A stretch of DNA of 64,000 bases from NCBI RefSeq assembly GCF_001194135.2, contig NC_068986.1, positions 66,253,799 to 66,317,798 on the forward strand, given 5' to 3'. Each line of letters begins with the position of its first letter. Within the stretch, counting starts at the first letter, position 1. Of this stretch, positions 1 to 11,903 are shown in pieces. The notes under the pieces were generated by a model that saw nothing but the letters and a program-made list of their open reading frames with translations, was not told the DNA's origin and searched no databases. This DNA comes from Octopus bimaculoides (Eukaryota). Made by a program: the position numbers and the translations under genes.

Positions 1-192
1 ACCCCCCAACTTCGCTTGACAACCGATGCTGGTGTGTTTACGTCCCCCGTAACTTAGCGGTTCAGCAAAAGTGACCGATAGAATAAGTACTAGGCTTACA
101 AAGAATAAGTCCGGGGTCGATTTGTTCGACTAAAGGCGATGCTCCAGCATGGCCGCAGTCAAATGACTGAAGCAAGTAAAAAAGTAAAAGAG
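1..192 (+). mobile_element. tRNA-derived SINE family 1, 3' half
   Basis: Matches 58260-58441 (cttgacaaccgatgctggtgtgtttacgtcccc...gactgaaacaagtaaaaga) with gtaaaa-type tail. Confidence 0.8.
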
Positions 193-251
193 ACCCCCAA
201 GGGTCATATGGACCCTGATTGAGAACCATTTGACTAAGGTCATGCTGGCTC

Positions 252-535
252 ACTGCCTTGAAGGGTTTTAGTCAAAAAAATTGACACCAGTACTTATGTT
301 TTAATGCCTGGTACATTTTTCTATCAGTATCTCTTGTCAAACTGCTAAGTTACAGGGATGTAAACAAACCTACACTGGTTGACAGCTTCTTTTAGTGTCC
401 ATCTACCAAATCCACTCACAAAGCTTTGGTCCAGGGCTAGTGCAGAAGACATATGCACAAGATGCTATGCAGTGGGACTGAACCCAGAATCGTGTAGTTG
501 GGAAGCATTTTGTTAACCACACAGTCATGCACTTG
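252..535 (-). mobile_element. SINE family 1 copy, tail-to-tail with 1-192
   Basis: Reverse complement of the 58054-58441 body and head (gaacccagaatcgtgtagttgggaagc). Confidence 0.7.
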
Positions 536-559
536 GAGGATACATTAAATCGTGCAACA

Positions 560-960
560 AAAAGAACTTTCAAGCTGCTGGTACTTTAAAAAAAAAGTGA
601 TGAATGTGTAGAACAAATTGAGGTGTTTAACAATAAAGTAAATGTGTTTAATTACAAAGCAAGCAAAAGATCACTTGAAGCTAAACTGGATAACATCATA
701 GAAGGATGAGGCAAGCTGGACACTGCATCAGACACAATGATGAAATTGCTAACAAGCTAGTGCTCTGGCAACCAATGGAAGGAAGTACCAGGAAAGGAAG
801 ACGACCTATATTGACAACTTGCTGGAGGATACTGGTATGGAAGGGGTACAGGAGCTGAGGACCATTACGGAAGATCGAGATGAATGGGGAAAACGTATGG
901 AAACAGTCTTGGGGCATCCTGTGGGATGACCTAGATAGATCAGTTCGAATATGCAAGTGG
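560..960 (+). mobile_element. RTE-clade LINE C-terminal fragment
   Basis: AGHCIRHNDEIANKLVLWQPMEGSTRKGRRP resembles the RTE ORF2 C-terminus (AGH..R...W.P.G.R..GRP). Confidence 0.65.
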
Positions 961-1329
961 ATAGCTGAAACAAAGTTATCTTAATTCTACAGAACTTTTA
1001 GTATTAATCAAGATTTGTTTAATTCAACTCCTAGTAGTTAATTTGCCTTTTACTCATTAGCTGAGACAGAATGTACCACCAAACACAATAATGTTAAAGA
1101 AATCACTACCATTAGCATTCCAATTTATTTGTTCAGTTATGTGCCTTATGGCACAAAAACAAAGCAGTGTTATTTTTGAGCATGTAAAATAAAAAAGAAA
1201 AGAATGGGAGATGATATAAAAAATAAAATGATCTATCAGAAATACAGATTATCCTAAAGAGGAATTGAACCAAAAGACCAAACTTAGAATGGATGAAGTG
1301 AGTGATGTAAGTAAATATGACTATCATTA

Positions 1330-3100
1330 ATTCAGATAAATTTGTATTTAACAGTTAAAAGGAAATTGATGTTTATTCTAATAAGAAAGAACTGGAGACC
1401 TTTTTAAAGTTGGTGATATTTTAGGTCAATGTTTGCCAAAATATTCTGAAATGGTGGAATAATTTGCAAACTGCACAGTGCATTTGGTATAGTCTTATTG
1501 AGAAACTTGCTACAAATGTATTTGATGCCAACAAAATTGTCCTATTGACAACTGATGCCAGTGAAAAATCTATATCAGTGATTTTATCACAATGCTATTT
1601 CATTATGGAGATTAATTGCTGTTGACTTTATTCAAGCATTGACATTTATATAGACCACAAACACAGCCCATCAAATTTGTTTACTAAGTAAAAAACCCTT
1701 GAGTTCATCTAAGTCAGTGATTCTCAACTAGGGTTCCCATGACCCTTGGGGGTTCATACAAGATTTTGTTGATAAAGTTTATTTGCAATTAATTGGTTAT
1801 ATTTCTATAATACACAAAATATTTTATAGTTTGTTTTTTTTTTATAGAATTCCTAATAAAATTTAATCATAAAAATGTAATGGGATTTTTTTAAACATCA
1901 AATTAGTATGGGGGACCAGTTGAGTAAAATAAGAATCAAAGGGGTCCATAGATAAAAAAAAATGGTTGAGAGCCACTGATCTAAGCAAAGAACTTCAAAA
2001 GGTTATTTCTTCAAGAATACTGAGGTGGACCAACCAAACACTTGACAGTATTTAATTTTAATATCAAAATTCAAGGGAAATTCCATTTCTGACATTGACA
2101 CACTGTTCACTAAATTTTAGACAGCAACTGCAGAATACAAGTTCAGGTTGATGATTATTTCATACACTAAATAGGAACTGATGTGTAATGTCAAGGTAGT
2201 CTTGTTTCAAAACACTGCATAATCCAGCATGACATAAACATCGTTTCCAGACTGAAAAAGAATGTCTGCAGAAATTGCTCTGAGACTGAAACATTTTGTA
2301 AGTGTGTCAAACATAAATTAACACAGAAAATGATATTCTTTACCATGGTGATCTCAATGTTTCACCTGAAGTATCTAGGAAGCAAATTAGTAAAAGTATT
2401 CATAATGATGTTCATTATAGCATTACTGCTATGCAATTGCATAAAAATTGAAGCATGGTGTTCAGGCTATTCACACTGCACCGAGGACTACATATTTAAA
2501 TGTCCTAAATGAGTGAAAATAAATGTTTAAATAAACAGGCTCCATTCACAGCCCAAGAGTTACGCCCTTAAACAATAATAGATCATGACCATGTTAATGG
2601 TATCAGTCATCACATCGGATTATCACACTGGATTCCTTTCCAGGGTGGTCAGAAATTATTTGTGCTCCTGATTGGAAGAAGTCAACTGAAAACAGGTGTT
2701 ACAAAGTAAATTTTCACTCAGAAAGGTTTTGGTATTAAACAATACCCCTGCATTTTCATAACAGTAGTCTGTTTAGGCTGCATTTCCTTACAAAACACCC
2801 CCTTATCACCTGCAGTCAAATGAGACTGCAGAATGAATGGTTCAAACATTTAAAATGGAGTTAAGGGTGTTTTCACTTCAGGGCAAACAATCAATTACTG
2901 CTTAATTATTTATAAATAATAGTCCTCATGTTGACAGGTTAAAAAGTCATTTTGCTTAGAATAGGAATCATGTCCTATTCCAAGACATGAATCTTGCTTA
3001 TGATTCATGTCTATAGATGAGCAGATGTGCAGTTATAAAAACATAAAAAATAACTGTTCAGCAGCAGAAATTACTATCTTTGTAATGCAAGCTGGAAACA
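1330..3100 (+). mobile_element. Gypsy LTR-retrotransposon pol remnant (RNase H + integrase)
   Basis: VFDANKIVLLTTDASEKSISVILSQ (RNase H DAS motif), IHNDVHYSITAM (integrase H-H), DSFPGWSEI, PPYHLQSNETAE*MVQTFK (PYHPQSNG.AER-like); many stops and frameshifts. Confidence 0.8.
1715..1978. mobile_element. hAT-type MITE inserted in Gypsy remnant
   Basis: TIRs cagtgattctcaac / gttgagagccactg; 8-bp TSD atctaagt (1707-1714) / atctaagc (1979-1986). Confidence 0.8.
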
Positions 3101-3574
3101 ACAATGTTATGGTTACAAATGATGGGATTGGAACATTGATTGGATAATGCTGATGATTAAAACTTGAACCTTGAAACAAATGTGGAGGATGGTGATGGTG
3201 TACATTGTGAGGTAGTGCATCTCCTATTTTCAGAAAAACTTGTATTGATAATGTGGACAGGATTACACCTAATGTGAAAATTAAAAATATTCAATCTACC
3301 TAGTGTTTTAAGCTCTTGTGTTTCAAGAGGTAAAGATACTTGTGTTATACAGTGTTATTGTAGAAACAAGGGACTCATGAATAATCTACACTTTATTATC
3401 TTTGTGTGTATGCATGTGTGTGTGTGTGCACACACACAAAGATAATGCATGCTCACACACACACACGTGTACATTCTAAAAGTTTTAAGACTTTTTAGTA
3501 GAAGCAGTTATAACTGGTCTAGATTATTATAATTTTAGTATGTCATTACTATACTTCTAAGAATCTGGCCTGAC

Positions 3575-4256
3575 AACTTCTGTTATTCCAGATTGAAGGA
3601 GATAGCTGTAACACCACTTTAAACACAACCTACTAAACAATGCTTGTCACAGCTGATTAGTCAGCAGAATGCAGTCAGGACATTGAAAAACTCACTATGC
3701 AGTAAAGTTTTGTGTTCAACTGGGCAAAAATGCTGTAGAAACTTTTGAGATGTTCCAGATTACTTATGGATCAACTTTTTCTCTACAACAAGAGGTTCAA
3801 GGACAGTAGAGAGGAGGTGAGAGACAATGAGAAGTGTGGGAGGGAGAGGGACATCAGATCATCAGAGCTGGTTGAGTATTTTGCAATTTACTGGATGAAG
3901 ATTGTCACATGTCTATAAAGACAATAAGCATACAGTTTGGAATTTGTATAGCAAATGTACACAGAAACATTCATGAATATCTGAACATGTGCATAGTTTG
4001 TTTCAAGGGGGCTCAATGAAGAGCATCCTGGTAACCAGTTACTTGACTGAGACGGACATCAAAATTGTCCCTCATCCATCCTACAGTCCAGACATGCTCC
4101 CCATGATTTCTGAAGGAAAACCTCAGGGACAGCTATTTTGAAGATGAAGGAGACTGTGACAAAGGTCCTGGACACCTTCAATATGGAGGACTTCCATGGA
4201 GCCTTCACAAAGTAGCTGGAGCACTACAAGAGCATTGAAGTGAGAGGACACTGCTG
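3575..4256 (+). mobile_element. mariner transposase remnant, internally deleted
   Basis: YAVKFCVQLGKNAVETFEM (HTH start), HPSYSPDML (YSPDL-like motif), EMKETVTKVLDTF..EDFHGAF C-terminus. Confidence 0.75.
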
Positions 4257-5104
4257 TAACTAGAGTGTGTGCCGCCTACAGGCTGCCACAAAGAATACAT
4301 AATGCCTACAGCTGACCCAAAAGTGGTACCACCCCCATAAAAATGCTGCCCGGGGTAGATCCCCCTCCCCTCTAGCTACCCTAGCGTCAGAGGATCCTTC
4401 TTAGGAGATTAGAGTTTTGTACTTCTTTGAAATTAATGTCTCCTCTGAAAAAGTCTCAAAACTTCTGGAATGCACATTGCGTGCGTGCGTGTGCCCGTGC
4501 GAGTGCATGCACAGTTGAGACCATTTTAATATGTACTATATTAAACGTTCAGTGTATACTGGTAGTTCTTTTTACACAAATGTATATACTTGAATTATTT
4601 AGTTTATTGTCATAAATAAATTTACCTCAGTGTAAGTTTTTATATCCCATAAATTATCACTAAATAATAGTTTATATCAACTAAGAAAAAATAAAATCTG
4701 TACATACACATCCCTTATAATTCAAGTGCTGTAGAATATTTAATTGCAGAATATTTGTAACAGAATGTCAACCGAATATTTCTTAAAACATCGACGCAAT
4801 GAAGAGAGAGAGGGGGGGGGGTTCGACAAAGTCATGGGAAAGTTGTTCAGACAGTTAAAAATGTTTCACACGCTATCTGGTTTCCTAGATAGCGTCAGAA
4901 ACAATCTTTTAGTGAATGAATGGCTTTCTAACCATTCCTCACCATTCTGCACGACTGCCTTCACAACATACATCGATTGACATAAATATCAGCAGAAGCA
5001 GAGACAAAGAACTAAAAGTAATGATGGCTTTAAAAAAATAATCTAATTTACTTGTAGCAGTCCTGTGGCTTTCTTTTTTAAGCGATTCATCATAAATATT
5101 CTGC

Positions 5105-5160
5105 CTAGCAATAAACTAATATTACCACGATCCAAAGAGAGAGCCTCGTCACTAGACCTG
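5105..5160 (-). CDS. candidate terminal coding exon with hydrophobic C-tail (xAGLVTRLSLWIVVILVYC*)
   Basis: Acceptor gattactttttctag; phase-1 entry compatible with exon 9942-9987; AATAAA on minus strand at 4603-4608; no homology support. Confidence 0.2.
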
Positions 5161-5847
5161 CTAGAAAAAGTAATCAAATCTTCTACAAAGCACACTACAA
5201 TCTTTAAAAAAATATGTACATTAGGCAGTAAGCTTTATATTCGATGTACCCTAAAAAAAACAAAAAGGAATTAAACAGTTGTGATTGAAATGCCTTTTCT
5301 TTATAAATATTCTCAACCAGGGTCCACTTCCAGCTAGAAATCTATAAATAAATATTTCATTACTTGTCAAAAACTTAAACGACGCAGAAAAAATGGTTTA
5401 AATCACTAAATTCTTTTTCGCAATTTAGTCTACATGTATCTGTACAATAATAGTTGTCCGATTCGATTAATTATTGTCGTTGTTCTCAAATTTCAAAAGC
5501 TATCTCATTGAATCTTATACACTTAGTTTGTAAAATTAACTTTTACATCTGTGCAACCTAGTGCTAACAAGAATTTAATTCAATTTACTATAAAATTAAC
5601 AGACATAACTACAGATATGTGCCCCGCCTCGATTTTATAACTTTCTGAAAAATATATATTTCTCTAATGAAATTTTCCTGACATACATTTTACATAGTGT
5701 AGACTTAAGGATATATCAAAATATGTAATGAAAAAAGTTTTTTTTTTTTTTCTGGAGAGGTGGAAAGTATCGGATAATTCACACACCTATTTGTTTCCTC
5801 ATAAGTTTTTGGAAATAGGATATCTTGTGTTAAAATTGTCTACATAT

Positions 5848-6232
5848 ATGGCGCAGGCGTGGATCTGTTTAAGAAGTTTGCTTCCCACTACGTGACATCT
5901 TGGGTAAGTGTCTTTCCACCAACCAAAGTCTTGTGAGTGGATTTGAGNNNNNNNNNNNNNNNNNNNNNNNNNNNNNNNNNNNNNNNNNNNNNNNNNNNNN
6001 NNNNNNNNNNNNNNNNNNNNNNNNNNNNNNNNNNNNNNNNNNNNNNNNNNNNNNNNNNNNNNNNNNNNNNNNNNNNNNNNNNNNNNNNNNNNNNNNNNNN
6101 NNNNNNNNNNATAACAGGCTTTACGAAATAAGCACAGGGGTCGATTCGTTCAACTAAATTTCTTAAAGGTGGTGCATCAGCATGGCTGCATTCTAATGAC
6201 TGAAACAAGTAAAAAAAATAAATAAAGAGATA
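5848..6232 (+). mobile_element. SINE family 1 copy spanning an N gap
   Basis: Head ggcgcaggcgtgg...gtgagtggatttg and tail ggggtcgattcgttcaactaa...gactgaaacaagtaaaa. Confidence 0.7.
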
Positions 6233-6394
6233 TATTTTAGGTTACGACTGTCTTGGAATTTGATGTGAAAGAAAAAAATGGGTTGCGGTTCGGATAATTC
6301 ACAACTTTGTTCCCACACACGTTTTGATGAGGTGTGTGAATTATCCGCCCCCGTTCCCACACCATTTTTCTCTTCCACATCAAATTCTGATATG

Positions 6395-6735
6395 ATCGTA
6401 ACTTACACCACCTGAAGAGTATCTGTTGAAAGTTTTACTTGAAAATATCGCTTTTTCACAAAGTTATGAGGAAGCAAAATCAGAGCTAGGCATACATTTG
6501 GAGTTATGCCAAAAAATCTTCCAAATAATAACCAGAATTCTTGTCCGGTACCGGATCGATCCCAAAATCTAATCAGCTCGTGCCAGTCACGAGGCCAAAC
6601 ATCCCTGAAAGTTTCATTCGAATCCCTCCAGCGGTTCTTGAGATATCTTGTCCACGGACAAACTAACGAACAAAACAACAAACAAACACGACTAAAAACA
6701 ATACCTCCACATTCGCTAGAGCGGAGGTTTGTGAC
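6395..6735 (-). mobile_element. HINE/DINE-1-like non-autonomous Helentron
   Basis: Minus strand begins with palindromic acctccgctctagcgaatgtggaggt, then gtttgt microsatellite and a gatatctcaagaaccgct...atgaaactttcagggatg body typical of this class. Confidence 0.5.
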
Positions 6736-7049
6736 AGTGAAATAGTAGAATCTGAGGAAACTATTGACACTCTGCCTCATAAGTATAGTGATGTAAATAA
6801 CTCAAGCGGTGGAATATATTTTATGCCGTGGGGAAGAAGAAAAATCTAATGTTTCAGACAGAACCCTTCGTCATAGAGAAACGAAACGATTCAGACTGGA
6901 ACAGCTCCAACCGAAGTATTCAGCTCGAGACGTTAGACTTTTCTTTCTCGCGGCAAATGATTTATTGAACTGTTTGAACTCTTTACAAATTAATTGTTTG
7001 ACTTTAAGAGCAAAAATTTAAACGCAAACAAGAATTAAGTATTTTCTTT

Positions 7050-7395
7050 TATTTTTTACTTATTTCAGTCATTAGACTAGCCATACTGGGGTACCGCCTT
7101 GAATTTTTAGTCGAAAGAATCGATCCCAGCATTTTTTTAAGGTACTTATATTATCGGTTTCTTTTGTCGAACCTCTAAGTTATAGGGACGTAAACGTAGC
7201 AACACATGTTGTGGGGAGCTTCTTCAAACACACACACACATATATACGACGGGGTTCTTACAGTTTCTCTATACCAAGGTTTTGGTCGGCTCGAGGCTAT
7301 ATAGTAGAAGTCACTTGCCCAAGGTGCCACGCAGTAGGACTGAACCCGGAACCATGTGGTTGGAAAGCAAGCTTCTTACCACATAGCCATGTGTG
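7050..7395 (-). mobile_element. SINE family 1 copy
   Basis: Reverse complement of 58054-58441 with internal (CA)/(TA) run. Confidence 0.8.
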
Positions 7396-8904
7396 AATTA
7401 TAAGTGAGAGAAGTAGTTAAATTTCTTCTAGCCACTTAAATTTCAAAAAAATTTCATTTTTCTCAAACTTTCTGATGACGAAACTAATTTTCGTCACCAG
7501 CATGCAAAAAACTACATCAAAACCACACTTTTTAAAGTATGGTGTAAAAGTTTCAAGTGGTTGAAAGAAATTTAACAAGATCCAATGAATGGATAAATTG
7601 GGAGAAATTAAATCATACAAGTTTATTTAATAAAAATTCTCNNNNNNNNNNNNNNNNNNNNNNNNNNNNNNNNNNNNNNNNNNNNNNNNNNNNNNNNNNN
7701 NNNNNNNNNNNNNNNNNNNNNNNNNNNNNNNNNNNNNNNNNNNNNNNNNNNNNNNNNNNNNNNNNNNNNNNNNNNNNNNNNNNNNNNNNNNNNNNNNNNN
7801 NNNNNNNNNNNNNNNNNNNNNNNNNNNNNNNNNNNNNNNNNNNNNNNNNNNNNNNNNNNNNNNNNNNNNNNNNNNNNNNNNNNNNNNNNNNNNNNNNNNN
7901 NNNNNNNNNNNNNNNNNNNNNNNNNNNNNNNNNNNNNNNNNNNNNNNNNNNNNNNNNNNNNNNNNNNNNNNNNNNNNNNNNNNNNNNNNNNNNNNNNNNN
8001 NNNNNNNNNNNNNNNNNNNNNNNNNNNNNNNNNNNNNNNNNNNNNNNATATATATATATATATATATATATAAAACGAAAAGTTTACTTTTTATATTTTG
8101 TTCGGTATTTTGACTCTGGTATAAAACTAGCAGTACAAACATTGAGATAACAATTTTCTCAAGTTTCAACTTGAAAACAATGAAAATCTGTTGGAAAGAA
8201 ACTATTTTAATCAATTCTAAATCTATTACAACACTGATCTTAAAATTGGTATCTCAATTAGAAAGCAATTGTTTTATCTACCACCAGCTTCCCCACTAAT
8301 TCTTCTGACAGCTTTTGTTCTCTGTAACCTCCAGCAAATTATCTAAATTTCGAATTGACTGAAATGCTTTCAAAACTCATTCTGAGTGATGTACATTGGA
8401 TCACTACATAATTTCACAACAGTATTCTTTATATTGATAACTATTTTTGATATAACATTGGAGGAGACGATCGAGCGCAGAACGTCAGATTACAGACTTT
8501 GCTAAAAAAAAAAAAAATCCGGTTCACTTGTAACTAAATTTGTGTTCAAATCCCAGTTAAGTCGTCTATTTCATTCATATTCCTGGATTCCATAGGGTAA
8601 GGGATCTATTGTAGGACACCCAAGAAAAATAATAAAAGTATTAGTACAGTGCGTTTTCTATAATATGAAAAGTTCTTTCAAGAAAATATATACAGCACAG
8701 AAAGTGGTAATCCTGAATACGGGGTTCTCTGAAGTAAATGGTGTGAGAAAAATTCCACCGAAATTATATTTAGTTAAAACTTTCAGACAATTTTCACTTG
8801 TATCCTTCCTTTTCCTATATTTATACATTACTGTCACCATCATACTGACTATAGACACATTGGGTGTGTACTTGGTAATTATCGAGATTCCAAAAGCAAA
8901 AAAA

Positions 8905-9053
8905 GGCAATTTTTCAGATTAACACCAGCACTTTCTTCACTAGAGTGTTAGGGTTACGGTAACGGTTAGGGAATTCCGTCCCTAACCGTAACCCTAAACA
9001 CTAACCCTAAAACCCTAGTGAAGATCGTGCGGGTATTAATCTGAAAAATTACC
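8905..9053. repeat. 149-bp palindromic element with internal TTAGGG/CCCTAA-like repeats
   Basis: Arms ggcaatttttcagattaacaccagcactttcttcactag / ctagtgaagatcgtgcgggtattaatctgaaaaattacc around a ttaggg-aattccgt-ccctaa core. Confidence 0.8.
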
Positions 9054-9404
9054 CCCAAAAATACTATAGTAATATTTTCATTATTGAAGATACGTAGATT
9101 TCATTATTTTGCTCAAGAATTCTGCAACATGGTCAAATAAGTGCCTCATTTAAAATTTAAACAAAAAAATAAATAAATAACACGCTGAAGCGAATCAGTG
9201 CCCGACAATCGTGAGTTTTTACCTTTAAAAATGTTCCTTCATCAAGTCAAAAAGAGAGCCCCTACAATGGTCAAGGGCAAACAGCAGTCCGCGGGGACTT
9301 TCTGAATGGCACACCAAACGAAAAATTACCTTAAAACCTTTTTAGGAGTGCGGCCCACCGGATGATGAGCCTTGTTTCTCGAAAAAGGTTACCCATACAT
9401 GCTC

Positions 9405-9550
9405 TACATAGTGACTCGACCCGCTAGAAAAAGCAGACCATTTTTCTTTCAATTTAAGGAAGTATACTAGAAAATAAAATTGGATGGCCACGGCTTAGCG
9501 CCTCTGAAGATAGATTTGGTCAATTACAGCTGACCTAGGGCTAAACAACA
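9405..9550 (+). mobile_element. SINE-like family 4 3' part
   Basis: gactcgacccgctagaaaaagcag...ggggctaaacaacaa-like tail shared with 60310-60490 and, inverted, with 35500-35715 and 26460-26545. Confidence 0.55.
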
Positions 9551-9941
9551 ACTAGAGGAACTCTGGATTTAGCACCTCAAATTAGCCCTCATAACCACAT
9601 TTCCAAATATTTTCCTAACATTGTCAAAACATTCTTTGACATTTACCTAAGTGAAGATCTTCCAATAAAGCCGGTAATTATTGAATTCTTGAGTGTTTAT
9701 AAAGTAAGATAAATGTGCGATATTCATGCTTTTCTCACAATGAGTGAAGTGAGATTGGTACATCAAAGAATCGAAGCTATGAGACCTCCGTGCGCTAAAC
9801 GTTCGCACTAATGCACTTGTTATATAAAGAGATTCCGAAAGCATACGATTCAAAATTGGTGAAAACTGATGCTCTCATTTGCGACATACAAGATGTAAAC
9901 GGAATTAGAAGAAAATAATTTGGAAAAGAGAAAATACTTAC

Positions 9942-9987
9942 CCCAAAGTGTGGCTAGATTAAGAAGGATGAGAAAGCTTAGTTCCAT
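9942..9987 (-). CDS. candidate first coding exon encoding a signal peptide (MELSFLILLNLATLW|G)
   Basis: ccaaaaATGG start context, 15 mostly hydrophobic codons, canonical phase-1 donor G|gtaagt; unique non-repeat context; downstream exons not identified. Confidence 0.4.
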
Positions 9988-10361
9988 TTTTGGTAGGTAC
10001 TCCGAGTGGAGAATAACCGTTTGCACCATCAACAGAAACCGTGTGATTGCTTTGGTTGCCTCACCACAACTGGTTCTGGTCTGTTCAAGTCAGACAATTC
10101 CTTGTGAACAGATTGTAGCAAGTCAGTAAGACGTCATAGATTACTGGCTGATGGTTGGTCTTCGTTTAACTGGCACTTGTAAGCAAACTAACACAAAGCG
10201 TGCGTAGGTGCATGGGCTCAGCTTTGCGAATCTCTCAGTCTTGAAAGTAGAAAAAGACGACAATTAATACCCTGCATCATTACACACACGCATAAAAAAA
10301 TTCTATAACACAATGATTGCGTGCATTTATAGGAAGCTATAAAAGATACATTGATAAAAAG

Positions 10362-10405
<44 letters not shown>

Positions 10406-11849
10406 GGATAAGATCGATATTTAAAATATTGATCTTATCAAGTGGTCAGCATGGGAATAAAAACCATCAAAGGTAATAATTATTTTAAATTATAATACAG
10501 GGTATCTAAGAGATACCACCACGCTGAAAAATAGCAGTCAAATCCTGACTCTAAAAAAGCTAAACATGAAAAATAAATTAGTTTACATTTTTCCTATCAT
10601 CATACTATGAATGAGTATTTGTAACTTCAATAGTTTATAGGATTAGAAAACAATTTAAATAGAACTCAAATATATGCAAAAAAAAATATTAATAATAATT
10701 TCAATACGTCAGCTCTGTCTGTGTGTGTGATAAATTAATCCTTCAGAAATCTAGATGGCAAGTCTGCAGACATTCCAGTTCCCTATTGGAGAAGTATCTA
10801 AATAATATTATACTATTTGAGAGAAATATGGAAAAATGAAAGCAATTTATTGTATGAGAATGGAAAAGTGACCAACTACTTTGTTTTTTGTTGTTTTTTT
10901 TTTCAATATACGTGTGTGTAATTCCGATAAATTTTCTTTCAAAGGCGTCGTCGTTATAAAGTTGGAAAAGTTAGCTTTGTTAGATGCCGATCTAATCAGC
11001 GCAAGAAGGCGAAAGCGACAGATAGGCGCACTTGCAAGTGACATTTAAACACAGCAAAGCAAAATCTTTGCAGTAAAACATTATCAATTCTGATAGCATA
11101 ACTTTATCAATGACGTCTGCTTTGACTGCTAATTAATTGCAATTTTTTTTTTTAAATCACTGAGTGAAAAGAAAAGTTTAATAATTTTAAAATTAATAAA
11201 CATCGGTATTTTTGCCCATATTAAGACTCCCAACAATGAAAAAGTGTGTTTGAATAAGGAATGAATGGAAATTGCAAGAATGAAGTTAGATTCTAACAAA
11301 GCAATGCAATTTCTAGGTTGTTTCATGCAAGAAACACAAATAATTTAATGCTCACCTTTTCTGTCTTGGTCCGAACTGAAGTAATTATTACTAAAAAGGA
11401 AGTTCTTTCTTAAGGCTATTCTTTTAAAAGTCTTCCTCCCTCTGAAATTTAGTTAGCCCATGCCGCTCTTTGGAAGGGAAACAAAATTAAAACGAGAAAT
11501 AATGCTTAAATAATTTACAAATCATTATCATTTTTAAAGGGCATCTTATGGGATTAGATTAGCAGCTGAAAAATACAAGCAGACTTTATTCGAAGTCTTT
11601 TACTAAGAAAGCAAACTTTTAAAATTGGGGAGTATAAACATCTAATGGCACTGAAAAAGAACTCTTTAAGCAGTTGCTTATTGTTATATCAATGAAAATT
11701 AAAGTAAATGTCAACTTTTTTTTATCAGTTAGAGATGTTGATGTATTTTAACTGTCACTTTCTTTGATTCTACTAGAGTGGAAATAAGAAATCTGGATTT
11801 TTAAAAGTAATTTTAAAGTAAGTGCTTTTGGTTATGAGAGTATAATTCC

Positions 11850-11903
11850 AAACTTCCGCCAACAGTTTTCGTCCGCTCTTACATGTGGATATCTCAAATA
11901 AAC
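11850..11903 (+). other. candidate first exon of a plus-strand transcript
   Basis: acttccg (ETS-like) then ATG TGG ATA TCT CAA ATA AAC|gtaagt; possible next exon 12503-12540 (ttatttccatag| ... caag|gtgaat) closes the frame, so probably non-coding. Confidence 0.2.

Noticed and set aside
2344-2374. Apparent minus-strand 31-nt exon with branch point and donor
   Set aside because: It lies inside plus-strand Gypsy integrase homology
9350-9400. Hammerhead-like ggatgatgag...cgaaa
   Set aside because: The core lacks C3, helix II does not pair, and the region adjoins SINE-like repeat sequence
10847-11044. ORF MSLASAPICRFRLLALIRS resembling a mitochondrial presequence
   Set aside because: No convincing donor, it runs into a poly-T tract, and no homology was recognised
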